From the human T2T-CHM13v2.0 reference genome, Homo sapiens, in assembly GCF_009914755.1 (NCBI RefSeq), contig NC_060926.1: DNA of 64,000 nucleotides. One strand, written 5' to 3'. The notes beneath the pieces are model-generated. The model saw only the letters and a program-made list of their open reading frames with translations, made no database searches and was not told the origin of the DNA. Of this stretch, positions 13,465 to 30,215 are shown in pieces (positions within the stretch are counted from its first letter, which is position 1; each line of letters opens with the position of its first letter). A program made the position numbers and the translations under genes.

Positions 13465-14073
13465 AGACAGCCTTGCTGTGATGCTCACATTGAAAATATG
13501 AATTTGTTCCAATGTGACTATCAGGGAGCAATTTGCATAACATAAATTTTGCACTTGTTTATGTACAATTGTGTCTGGAGAAATGCAAGATGAACATACA
13601 AAACTGCACTCAGTAGAACTGCACTACTTAGGAATATACAAAATGCACACGTGCACATACTTCAAACATCTACCAGCTACCCTGTTCACGGTATGTGTTA
13701 TGAGCCACACCTATCCACATCTGGTATTACAGCTTGCTGTATAATTTCATGTAGCCCTCCATCCACCCCTGTACATTAACTTACGAGCTTTTATCTTGCT
13801 GAGGCTCACTTCCACAAGCACACTTCAGGTCTTTTTCAAGGTAAGGTGACACGTTCTGTAGCATTTATGCAATTCTTAACCATTTATCGTTATGTAAAAC
13901 TATGCTATGATTTTTATTAGGTATCTAGCTTTTTTTAATGAGTCACTGACAAAGTTTTTGAGTGTTGCATCCCAACACCATTTTTTTCCCACAAGCCCTG
14001 TTGTTTTATTTCATGATTTTGCATATCTAATTATTGCAGATATATATGCAATATGTATCTGCATACTGACTGT
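13465..14073. mobile_element. Old Tigger-family (TcMar) non-autonomous element
   Basis: gaatttgttccaa...aaaactgcactcag...caaacatctaccagctacc resembles recalled Tigger12/13-type consensus; ends in ctgactgta. Confidence 0.5.
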
Positions 14074-14454
14074 ACATATGTCTGCTTATTTTGGTCCAGT
14101 ATTAATAGAGCTAATAACTGGCAGTGTTAAATCTATGACACTGTGGGAGTTGTATAGAAACTTAAAACTATAGCAGGATCCTGTATTTCAATCTGGTACA
14201 GAAATCTCTAGAATTTTTGAAACATTGCACTTGCCTCATATAAAAAAAATTTAGACACATCTGTAACTATGATAGTATCTGTTGCAAGAAGCAATTGTTT
14301 CCCAAATATATGGCAACTATCTCATCTGGCAAAGATAGGTCTTCTTGGATTATCAGTAGGTTCTCAGTTTAACAGGGCCAATTATTTCCCTTTCAGCAAA
14401 CAGGGGAATAGGGAATGAGGCCCAGTTTCCCAATGTATTCCTTTATCGATATTT

Positions 14455-14545
14455 TTGGCAAAATTTTATTGAGCAACTACTGTGTATTAGACATAGTGGA
14501 TATTGTGGTAAGATAAACCAAATCCTTGCCCTCAACTTACATTTG
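14455..14545 (-). mobile_element. L2 3' end fragment
   Basis: tttattgagcaactactgtgtattagacat...tccttgccctcaa. Confidence 0.55.
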
Positions 14546-16726
14546 CTATCAAAATTATAGATATGCAATCACATGAGTAATCAAAGAGAATTAATAGTAG
14601 CTTTCTTCTGTTTTTAGTTTTAAAATGAGTTTGTGAGTAGCAATCCTTCAGATTAATTTTTAGTTTCAACTGGTCTCTGACAAATTAGATTTAGGTAGTC
14701 ATTCTCTCAGAAGGGAAGGCCAAAGACAAATATGCTAGAAAACATGCTCTCCAAAAGAAATCGCTTGCTATTAGAATGATCAACAACCTTGAGCAGGCCA
14801 GGTTGTGAATGTGTGGCCTGGTGCTATGTCCCAGGGGTGGGTATGTGGTAGAAAGTTGCAAGAAAGACTGGTTTGGCTTCCAGTGGTTTCTAAATTGAAT
14901 TAGCCAAGCAAACATTTCAACTATTCACTACCAGTTGGAAACATTAACTATTCACATTAGACTATTACAATTTTTGACTATGTTTTAGTTTTGAATATAA
15001 AATTTAGTAGAACTCATTTAGTCTCATAGGAAGAGGGTTAACTTCTCTGGTTTCTTCTAAATATAAACTTGCTTCCTTAGTCCAGGACCCTCCCCAGTTC
15101 TTCTGGCTCGCCCTCTCTCTTCCTGATCACCTTTTGTTTTGCAGAGGACTCCCTGCCTTGGGTGAGGCTCTGAACTACAATGCTGGAGGATGGGGGCCTT
15201 TGTGGTCTGTTTCGAGCCCTGCGAAAATGCATCGGACAAGTTTTACTTTCTTAGAGTGCTATACAATGATTTTTTTTAAATGTGTCTAAGAAATGGAAAC
15301 ATTTTGTCTCATATAAAAAAGAAATATTTTTATACTGTGCTCCACTCACAGACCACATCAGAGGTATTCTAAGAATAGAATAGATCAAATATATTTTATG
15401 GAAATATAATGAGAAAAGGATGTGTTCCCAAAACTCACTCTGAACAAAGGAATGCAGCATAGTCAGGAATACTTTAATGCTCCTAACAATTTTCTCATGT
15501 GAAAGGCTGAGGAACGGCCCTGGTTTGAAGAAATCTCCCACTTCTCCCCAGGCTCCGTGAACTTGAAATCAGAACTAGGAAATCTATACATTGAAAAAAA
15601 GAAAACGTGTGGAAAAAGTGACTTAGGGCATTAACCAAAAAGGCATTTTTGGAAGAAGAAAACATCAATATGAAACATTTTGTCATATTTCATTTCATTG
15701 ATCATATATTTATTTTATGTATTCCAGAGTACTGAAGCTTAGAAGTAACTGAATTTCTGGGGATTCGTATTAGATTTGTCAGTCTGTGTTTGAGGGAACT
15801 TACTGGGAAACAAAATATATTGCAATCATTCACTTTTATCATGCTGTTCTGTCATGTATACAAAGAACAGTAAGACTAAATACACTGAACGTATATCTTT
15901 TCTGAAAAACAAAGTACATCAGGGACTGAATATATCATCAAATAATATTCTTTTCACAATTATAACTTACAGGTATTCAAAACACTGCATGTGCTGGCTT
16001 ATTGAAATCACTTGACTAGAGGTAGATTTTCTTCTAATCGTATTACATAATGCATCTTAGCAATATGTTTGCTTTTTTGACTTTTAAATTTTAGCTGTTA
16101 CACGAATGCATAAGTGTGATTTTCTTGCTTTTTCAAGACTCTGTGTTCCAGTTTATATACTCATGTTGATTCTTCTGCTGGATTCAATGTTGCCACCAAA
16201 TGTCCGATTGTCTTCCTGAGTGTATTTGGCTTAATAATTTTACATTTTGAAATATTCTACATTAGGCAATAATATTCAGCTCCCTTCAATTCTATTTTGT
16301 GTTTTCTCAAAAAAATATATGCATTCTCAATAGATTACTGTTTATTTACTGTATATGCTGTAATAAAGTCTGAAGGGACTACAGAGTCCCATGAAAGGAA
16401 AATCATCATAATATTTATGCATTAAACACACATATTCATGCACATATATCTATTTTTTGAAAAACCCAAAATGCATATGCTATCATGGCCCCCAAGGTAG
16501 CAATAACATATGCAGAGAAAATTTATGCAGTTCCAGGCTGTGAACAGGATTTCTAAGAGCTACTTCCAGAAAACATTACCCCCCTCCTCGTTCTTCAATC
16601 TGTCCACTTACTTCACTCTGAAGACCTCCTTCTTTTTCTAAATTGACTAGTGAGCTGGGTGAGTTAGTCTAATCATTTAGGTTTGCTGTTTTGTGACTTT
16701 TGCAGGGTAACAAAAACATTTTTAGA

Positions 16727-16764
16727 TGTGTGTGTTTGTGTGTGTGTATGTGTGTGTGTGTATG
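16727..16764. repeat. Interrupted (TG)n microsatellite
   Basis: tgtgtgtgtttgtgtgtgtgtatgtgtgtgtgtgtatg. Confidence 0.9.
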
Positions 16765-17837
16765 TTACCATGTTTTTTCCCCCTTATAAAGAATTTGCAG
16801 GATAGATAGGCTCCTTAAACATAGGGAATAGTTTTATTTTAAAAAGTCAAAATAGTATTGAGGTTGCATTTTTGTCAGCTCGAATTCTCCTTCGTATTTT
16901 CAACTAGAAAAATGGATGGTAATTGTGTGGCTCTTAAAAATAATTTTTAAACTTTTCAGTAGATAAATCTAAAAATGTTTACATTTAAAAATTCCCTCAA
17001 TGAGGAATGAATATATGCCCTGGAAATCTTACTGCTTTCACTATTGAACAGGAAATGTTGATGGAGGGTTAAAAACTGTCAAAAGCAAAATCATGCTCAG
17101 TTTTGAATGACATACATTCACAATGTCTGTGATATAACATTTAAAATACTATGTTTTGTATTCATTTACTTTATAGTTTTGAATATGTAGTCTATAGTTT
17201 ATATGTTATACTTAATATAATATAATTGTGTATTTTTAATAAATTAAAACATTATGTATCATAAATATGAACTATAACTACAATTTTGTTATTTGGAAAC
17301 TGTTTCTCTAGGTTTTGACAGGACATGAGGCTCATCATTAGAATTCTGTATTAGAATATAATAAAATGAAAAGGACTTATGAAATCTTGAAATCTCATTT
17401 CATTTGCATTTTTTATTTTCTGCCTCTCTTTTTCTATAAAGAAATTGGACATGGCTTATGGATGTATATTCAAGGTACCTTTCATAGTTATAAATTAGGA
17501 TCAGGTGGCCCATTCTATATTTCAGTTGATGTTAATCCCTGGTAATATTATTAATATAGAGTCAAATTTTGCCTCTTAAAATATTCTTTTTTTTTTTTCT
17601 GCGTCAAATGAGCAGCTTCTTCTTTTTTTTTTATTATACTTTAAGATTTAGGGTACATGTGCACATTGTGCAGGTTAGTTGCATATGTATACATGTGCCA
17701 TGCTGGTGCACTGCACCCACTAACTCGTCATCTAGCATTAGGTATATCTCCCAATGCTGTCCCTCCCCCCTCCCCCCACCCCACAACAGTCCCCAGAGTG
17801 TGATATTCCCCGTCCTGTGTCCATGTGATCTCATTGT

Positions 17838-21654
<3,817 letters not shown>

Positions 21655-21717
21655 TATGATGTTAGCTGGTTATTTTGCTCGTTAGTTGATGCAGTTTCTT
21701 ACTAGTCTTGATGGTCT

Positions 21718-22730
21718 TTACATTTTGGCATGATTTTGCAGCGGCTGGTACCGGTTGTTCCTTTCCATGTTTAGTGCTTCCTTCAGGAGCTCTTTTAGGG
21801 CAGGCCTGGTGGTGACAAAATCTCTCAGCATATGCTTGTCTGTAAAGTATTTTATTTCTCCTTCGCTTATGAAGCTTAGTTTGGCTGGATATGAAATTCT
21901 GGGTTGAAAATTCTTGTCTTAAGAATGTTGAATATTGGCCCCCACTCTCTTCTGGCTTGTGGGGTTTCTGCCGAGAGATCCGCTGTTAGTCTGATGGGCT
22001 TCCCTTTGAGGGTAACCCGACCTTTCTCTCTGGCTGCCCTTAACATTTTTTCCTTCATTTCAACTTTGGTGAATCTGACAATTATGTGTCTTGGAGTTGC
22101 TCTTCTCGAGGAGTATCTTTGTGGCGTTCTCTATATTTACTGAATCTGAACGTTGGCCTGCCTTGCTAGATTGGGGAAGTTCTCCTGGATAATATTCTGC
22201 AGAGTGTTTTCCAACTTGGTTCCATTCTCCCCATCACTTTCAGGTACACCAATCAGACGTAGATTTGGTCTTTTCACATAGTCCCATATTTCTTGGAGGT
22301 GTAGCTCATTTCTTTTTATTCTTTTTTCTCTAAACTTCCCTTCTCGCTTCATTTCATTCATTTCATCTTCCATTGCTGATACCCTTTCTTCCAGTTGATC
22401 GCATCGGCTCCTGAGGCTTCTGCATTCTTCACGTAGTTCTTGAGCTTTGGTTTTCAGCTCCGTCAGCTCCTTTAAGCACTTCTCTGTATTGGTTATTCTA
22501 GTTATACATTCTTCTAAAATTTTTTCAAAGTTTTCAACTTCTTTGCCTTTGGTTTGAATGTCCTCCCGTAGCTCAGAGTAATTTGATCGTCTGAAGCCTT
22601 CTCTCAGCTCGTCAAAGTCATTCTCCATCCAGCTTTGTTCCGTTGCTGGTGAGGAACTGCGTTCCTTTGGAGGAGGAGAGGTGCTCTGCTTTTTAGAGTT
22701 TTCAGTTTTTCTGTTCTGTTTTTTCCCCAT
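21718..22730 (-). pseudogene. L1 ORF1p, truncated by a nonsense codon after aa 197 and a later frameshift
   Basis: MGKKQNRKTENSKKQS...ANVQIQ* (stop at 22137-22139); downstream KEKMLRAAREKGRVTLKGKPIRLTADLSAE. Confidence 0.96.
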
Positions 22731-23624
22731 CTTTGTGGTTTTATCTACTTTTGGTCTTTGATGATGGTGATGTACAGATGGGTTTTATGTGTGGATGTCC
22801 TTTCTGTTTGTTAGTTTTCCTTCTAACAGACAGGACCCTCAGCTGCAGGTCTGTTGTAGTACTGGGCCCTGTGAGTTGTCAGTCTGCCCCTGCTGGGGGG
22901 TGCCTCCCAGTTAGGCTGCTCGGGGGTCAGGGGTCAGGGACCCACTTGAGGAGGCAGTCTGCTGGTTCTCAGATCTCCAGCTGTGTGCTGAGAGAACCAC
23001 TGCTCTCTTCAAAGCTGTCAGACAGGGACATTTAAGTCTGCAGAGGTTACTGCTGTCTTTTTTTTGTCTGTGCCCTGCCCCCAGAGGTGGAGCCTACAGA
23101 GGCAGGCAGGCCTCCTTGAGCTGAGGTGGGCTCCACCCAGTTCGAGCTTCCCGGCTGCTTTGTTTACCTAAGCAAGCCTGGGCAATGGCGGGCGCCCCTC
23201 CCCCAGCCTCGCTGCAGCCTTGCAGTTTGATCACAGACTGCTGTGCTAGCAATTAGTGAGACTCCGTGGGCGTAGGACCCTCTGAGCCAGGTGTGGGATA
23301 TAATCTCGTGGTGCCGTTTTTTAAGCTCGTCGGAAAAGCGCAGTATTCGGTTGGGAGTGGTCCGATTTTCCAGGTGCCATCCGTCACCCCTTTCTTTGAC
23401 TCGGAAAGGGAACTCCCTGACCCCTTGCGCTTCCCAAGTGAGGCAATGCCTCGCCCTGCTTCGGCTCGTGCACGGTGCACGCACCCACTGACCTGCGCCC
23501 ACTGTCTGGCACTCCCTAGTGAGATGAACCCGGTACCTCAGATGGAAATGCAGAAATCACCGTCTTCTGCGTCGCTCACGCTGGGAGCTGTAGACCGGAG
23601 CTGTTCCTATTCGGCCATCTTGGC
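22731..23624 (-). promoter_or_regulatory. L1 5'UTR with sense promoter (YY1 site) and antisense promoter
   Basis: CpG-retaining 5'UTR; YY1 core ggccatctt at ~23613-23621 is intact. Confidence 0.8.
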
Positions 23625-23659
23625 CAATTTTCTACTCTTTGGATCATACCGATTTTAAT

Positions 23660-24250
23660 GCAGCCTCATCTACTTACTCATTTTAGAGACAACACCAACA
23701 TTTTTGTAATGGCCTGCAAGGCCTTCCGAGATCTACCTCCTGCAACTCAGCTTCTCCTGTGCTCTCCTTCTGGACTCACTCTGCCTCAGCAACACTGGTC
23801 CCTGTTGCCCCACCAATATGCCAGGTAATCTCTATCCTGTGGTAGTGTATTTGCTTTAGTGTTTTCTCTGCCTAGAACATTCTTCTCCTGATATCCAGTT
23901 GATTGATTCCCTTATTCCCTTCCATTCTTTGATCCCTTCAATAAGGTCAACCTCATCACAGTATTAACCCTGCAACTAATCACCTCACCCTCTTCCCGGC
24001 ACCCCAGATCCTCTTTTGATTGTTCAACATTTTTTTCCATATTTATTATTTATTATTACCTTCTAATGTTCTACATGGTTTACTTATTTATTATAATATT
24101 ATCTGTTATTCTTTAAAGAATGTAAGGTACATGAGACAGGTATCATTGTCTATTTTATTTGCTGATATTCCCAAGTGTCCACGTTTGTGCCAGGTATAAT
24201 ACACTCAGTCATACTCAATAAATGGATTGAATGTGTGAAGGAATGAATAC
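23660..24250 (+). mobile_element. L2a-like LINE 3' fragment
   Basis: atggcctgcaaggccttc, tctctgcctagaacattcttc, gaatgtaaggtacatgagacagg, actcaataaatggattgaatg tail. Confidence 0.8.
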
Positions 24251-24663
24251 AATATAGCTGTTTTCAGTGATTGTAACAGTTTACCAATTCCCCTCATTCT
24301 AATATCTGTTCTCTGAGTATTCTCCAATGTATTGGCATTCCTGTAAAAGTAGTATCCCACAGTTTTCTTGATATAGTTGGATCAATTTGAAGTATAAAGG
24401 GGAAGGCATTGCAGTGATTTGGGGCACTATACTCAAGTGTTTCTGTCTTGAGGCAGTCATGCTGTTGACTCACCTGGAAATTGTAATTAACTAAAATTCT
24501 GAAGTACACTTTTATATGAGCTGCCCTTAAGCTTCATGCTCCCCATTCTGCACATGGGTAGTTGGTTTTATGGATATAAATGTTGGAATTTGCACTTATT
24601 CATTTTACATTAGATTTTGTTATATTTGACATAATTATTACAGGTTATTGAGATCTTCACCCT

Positions 24664-25110
24664 TTCATTCATTTAGACGTTGAGTAAGTATTACTTAAAT
24701 GTCTACCATGCACTAGGCATGGATGTGGAATGACGAACAAGAAAACAAGTATGCTGGCAGCTCTTCTGTAACTTACAACCTTGGAGGAGGGGATAGACAT
24801 TAACACATAATCACAACACACATTAGGAGCTGCCACAGGAGGCTCTCCCACCATAAGAACTTGTAACAGGGGACTTGATCTGTCTCTAAGAAATGACATC
24901 TGTGTTGAGAGCTGAAAGATGATTTCACTAATAAAAAGGTGAAGGCAGAAGTTTCCAACAGAGATAACAGAGTAGAGAAAGTGCTTGTGCATAAAGCGGC
25001 ATGATATACATAAGTGTCTGAAAGAACACCAAGGTGTCAAAGTCAAGGACGTGTAGGGAAATGGGGTGAAGTGGGATGCAGGTAAGTAGGGGCCTGATCT
25101 CGTAGGGTCA
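24664..25110 (-). mobile_element. L2 LINE 3' fragment
   Basis: ttcattcattt...gtctaccatgcactaggc, gaaatgacatctgtgttgagagctgaaagatga. Confidence 0.7.
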
Positions 25111-26544
25111 GGAAGCTTGGGTCTCTTAGCTGCCTGATATTTAGAGGTTCTCAGATGCAAAAGAGATTTTGTCCACTCTATCAAAGAATTGTACTAATGT
25201 GGAGTGGTTGTGTTTTAGCTACCTTGGAGAACTACAATATTCCATATAAGATTTATTTCAGTTAAGATGCAATCACAGTCTTCAAGTATATGGAGCCAGG
25301 GGAATAAGAATATGGAGGTTGAGGAAAGTTCGGTAATAAACAGTTCTTCTTTATCACCTCTGAGGATAGCACAGTTGGGAGTAGTTTTAAAATACAGCAC
25401 AAAGTTGTGTAGAGCCTGGAGGCAGCACATGGATTCCTTGCTGTCTTGGCTTAGATTTATAGGGTCAGGGAGAAGACTTGTTATAAACCTTCTTCTATTT
25501 AGAATTGGTTTATCAAATGTATACGATAAATCTTTGTAAATTCAGAGTTCTAGCATCTTTTAAAAAAAATCTCATCCTGAACATAAAGGGCAAATATAAA
25601 AATTGTTAAACAAATGACAAAATACTAACTAGATATTCGTTTAATGCAAACTGAATGTCCTTCTTTAATATCTCAGAGTACAAAGCTGGCAATAATTTCC
25701 TTATTTCAGCGCATCACTCCACCCGCACATTTGCTTATTAGCAGGAAGTCTACTACAGGGAGAAGTCTCCTCCTTACTCTAGAATTGTTCTGAGACTCCA
25801 GAAGCTTGGCTAATATGAACGTAGTGTAGGTAGGTGTCCTGCTTTCCAGAGTTTGTTGTTCAGAGAGCTGGAAATTCTAAGGCTTTTCCCTGCTATTTCT
25901 TGAGCCCCCTGTTTGTCCGAGCCCTGCACAGCTCACAGAGGGGCTGAATGCTGGGATTCAGAGCTATAGCTATCTTACTTCACATGTGTGTATACAGCCA
26001 TTGCTCCCCAAGGCAAAACTCCATATTATGGGAGCTGGAACGTGAAGAGCTTTGTTTGCTCTACACACTCTGTCAGAATCAGTTCTTCCCACAATACTGG
26101 TGGTCTTCTCACAGAGATTCAAATCCAGTTGACCCAAACTTCTACATTGTTCCTGGTGACATCACTCTTGTTTACTGATGTCACTTTCTGTCTGTAAACT
26201 TTGGTCCTGGCCACCTTGTTCTCACTGCCAAATTTCTTTAGCCCTAAGCCTTTAGTAACTAGAGTCAGGGTTTTTCATTCAGAAGACCGTTGATCTCCTT
26301 CTGCCACTCACTCCACTCCTCCAGTAGACAGGGATCTACTGTCTTTAAGTCACTTGAAGAAAGCAAGTTCTTTCTTATACATTTCTCATACATTTCAGAA
26401 TGAAGAGAAGCCCTTTAAATGACCTTGAAAAGCTTAAAATCCACTTCATGATGACACTGTTCTACTAACTGGAAGTGAGAATTTTTGGCTTGCTTATTTG
26501 ACCAACGCAGAGGAAATAATTGCCAATCAGAAATTGGGTTGCAG

Positions 26545-26650
26545 GATGGCAGGATTTGTATCTGTTCCATATACTGCTATATCTTCAGAACCTAAGCATG
26601 GTATACAGAGGGTGTACATGTACTTATGGAATTAGTAACTGAATGGTTAT
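26545..26650 (+). mobile_element. L2 3' end fragment
   Basis: ggcaggatttgtatctgttccatatactgctatatcttcagaaccta. Confidence 0.5.
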
Positions 26651-27276
26651 CATTTCTGGTACAGTTGATAAGTTTATGATAGAACTGTGGGCACAAAGTG
26701 CCTCACCAAGAACAATGTGGATATGACTGTCTGAAAGTTAAAATTTAAATCTATTTTATACATATTTGGAATAGGAAATAAATGGAGATGATATGATGAT
26801 AAGGCTGGGGTGTGAGACTGCGTAAAATGACTAAACTGTTTTTCAGAAGCATATTGCAATAAAAATTTTACCTTTATAAATTACTTAATTCTGTAATAAT
26901 GTCATGTTAGTAAGGAAATAAAGTTTTCATGTTAACATGAAGCAAATAGTTTTTTCCTCCATTCTTCATACCCATGCAAACATTCTTATTACACAAACAC
27001 GCCACTCCTATTACATGTCTTTCATATTAAAATATATTCTTAAATTAAATTAGATTAAAATTAATAATAAAAAGTAAAATTTGATAAAACCACACCCCGA
27101 ATGTTACTATTTATCCTTTTATGAAAAATAAAGCAGGAATATTCAGGATAACCACTTATGTACTCCATAGGTTTTATATATGTGATTTTATTACACAAAG
27201 TGTATGACTTATTAGGTAATTTGTATCCTAACCTCCAAAGAAGGCATTCTGGTTTCTTGGCTACATAAGGGAGGAT

Positions 27277-27324
27277 TAAAAAACAAAAAACAAAAAAACA
27301 AAAAAACAAAAAACAAAAAAAAAA
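27277..27324. repeat. A-rich (A6-7C)n simple repeat
   Basis: aaaaaaacaaaaaacaaaaaaacaaaaaaacaaaaaacaaaaaaaaaa. Confidence 0.9.
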
Positions 27325-27567
27325 CCCTTCCTAATCATGTAATTATCTATCAAACCAACATGTTGGGAACTTAATATAAACCACTAAGGTTTCTCATTTA
27401 AATGATTGCATCCTCCAATATTACATTCTAATACCTTTGTTTCCTTCAGTTGAAAGCCATATTTACTTATGTAATAAAGGGGAAAGGTACAAACATGTAA
27501 ATTCACTTATGTCTGTCACCTAAACTTAAATTCCATCATGTAATTAACTTAGGAAAAGATTGAATGA

Positions 27568-27876
<309 letters not shown>

Positions 27877-28427
27877 GAGATGACACTGTTTTAAAATTCG
27901 ATATACATCTGACATTCCTTTGTCTCAGATCATTCATTCTTTATTTTCTTCCTGAAGTAATATCTAATGTCTACATTAACTTTGAATTTCTTGTTTTGTA
28001 GTCTCATTAAAAGAATCTGCTCTTAAATTAATTTTTATTTACATAATTTAAAGTCACTTTTTTTCAAAGAACAATTCTTGTTCTAATTCCCAGTTAAAAT
28101 GTCTGGTTTTCTCTTGTTTGAACGACAACTTTAACTTCAGTTCTGCATAATTTCTAGGAGTTTCTTCTCATCTAAGTGATTCCCAAGTATGAACTGTGAT
28201 GTTTCTTAGTAGGAAAAGAATTACAATTATGATGTTTTTCTTAGGAAATTTATAGTGTAGAAACACCATAATCACAAGTTAGGATTATCTTGAAATGAAA
28301 TTCTGAAAATATAATACCATTTGATCCAGAACAGCAGAGGAAATTAAAAATTATATTAGCCCATATGCAGTTTTTACTTGCAGGCATTTGGGAAAAAAGT
28401 GTTCTAGATCAAGTAAGATACTTCTTA

Positions 28428-28777
<350 letters not shown>

Positions 28778-28804
28778 AAGGTAGCATTTTTTTTAAATAC
28801 CCAA

Positions 28805-29633
28805 AAGTTATTTATTTTTTGTTATAGATAGACAAGTTATAATTGTATAAAGTTATGGGGTAAAAAGTGATGTTATAATTTGTGTACATAATACGAAATA
28901 ATTACATAAAGCTCATTAACGTTATCTATCACTTCAAATACTTAACTTTTTTGAGGGGGAAACATTTGAAATTTGCTCTTTCCAATTTTGAAATGTATAA
29001 TCCTCTATTATTGACTGTATTCATCATACTGTGTAATAAAACTAAAACCCATATTACTCCTAAGATTTTGTAACTTTGGACCATTATCTCTTCATTCCCC
29101 CACTTTCCAGTCTTTGTAACCGTCATTCTACTCTCTGCTCCTATGAGTTTGATTGTTCTCATTTCCGCAGATAAGACAGAATATGCAATATTTGTCTTTC
29201 TGTGCCTGACTTATTTTAGCATAATGTTCTCCAGTTCCATCTATGTTGTCGCAAATGACAGAATTTCTTTCTTTTTAAAGGCTGAATAGTATTCCATTGT
29301 GTGCATATACTGTATCTGTCAGAATGGCTTTTATCAAAAAGACAAAAGGTGACAAGTGTTGGCAAGATGTGGAGAAAAGGAAGCCATTGTACACTATTGG
29401 TAGGAATGTAAATTAGTGCAGCCATATGCAGAATACTATGAAGGCTTCTCAAAAAACTAAAAATAGAACTACCATATGATCCGGAAATCTCACTTCTGGG
29501 GATGTACCCAAAAATCTTGAAATTTGTTTGTCAGAGAGCTATCTGCACCCCCATATTTATTGCAGCAGTTTTCACAATAGCCACATTATAAAATCAACCT
29601 GTGTACATCAACAGATAAATGGATAAAGAATGT
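28805..29633 (-). mobile_element. L1MA 3' end with inverted 5' segment
   Basis: Antisense L1MA 3'UTR 28805-29310, then sense ORF2-end segment 29315-29633. Confidence 0.88.
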
Positions 29634-29992
29634 TCTTTAGAAATATTTATGGACAACTTTCTTGATTGCATATACATGGTTCATCAAAGTAACCAATCTA
29701 TTTGGCTTACTAAGTGCCATTTAGCACAGTAGCCAGTATGGCGTTTCTCTTGTCTAAAGATGATCAGAACCACCATGATTGGTTGAAAATATTGGCTAAA
29801 TTTTGACTCAGAGGAAATCAGAATATTTAAATCTCAAGCGACTTTCTCAATTTTTACTTTGGAACAGTAATTAGACACTCAAATTCCAGCCATTGCCTGA
29901 GTTATCTTTTAAGGATAATTTGCTTAATCTGCTCAAATTGTGAGCATTTTGGTAGCAGGTTTTGCGCATTGTATATCTTTGGATCCCTTAAT

Positions 29993-30215
29993 AGCAGTAC
30001 ATACTGTGGTTAAGAACATCTGTATTAAAGCAGATGAAAATAGACTTAACTCCTGACCTTGTCTCTTACTAGCTTTGGGACTGTGGGCAAGTTCGTCAAC
30101 CTCTCTAAGCCTCTAAAATGGAAATACTAGCAGTGTGCGGTTGTAGGTAGGATTAAATGAGATAATAAACTTATGAAAGTGCCTGGCATATTGTAAGTAG
30201 CAGATGTTATTAGTA
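29993..30215 (+). mobile_element. MIR SINE
   Basis: gtggttaagaac, cttactagc...gggcaagtt...aacctctctaagcctc, ggattaaatgagataat, gtgcctggcata. Confidence 0.85.

Noticed and set aside
24669-25184. 171-aa ORF
   Set aside because: It overlaps a degraded L2, uses a non-ATG start and has no recognisable domain
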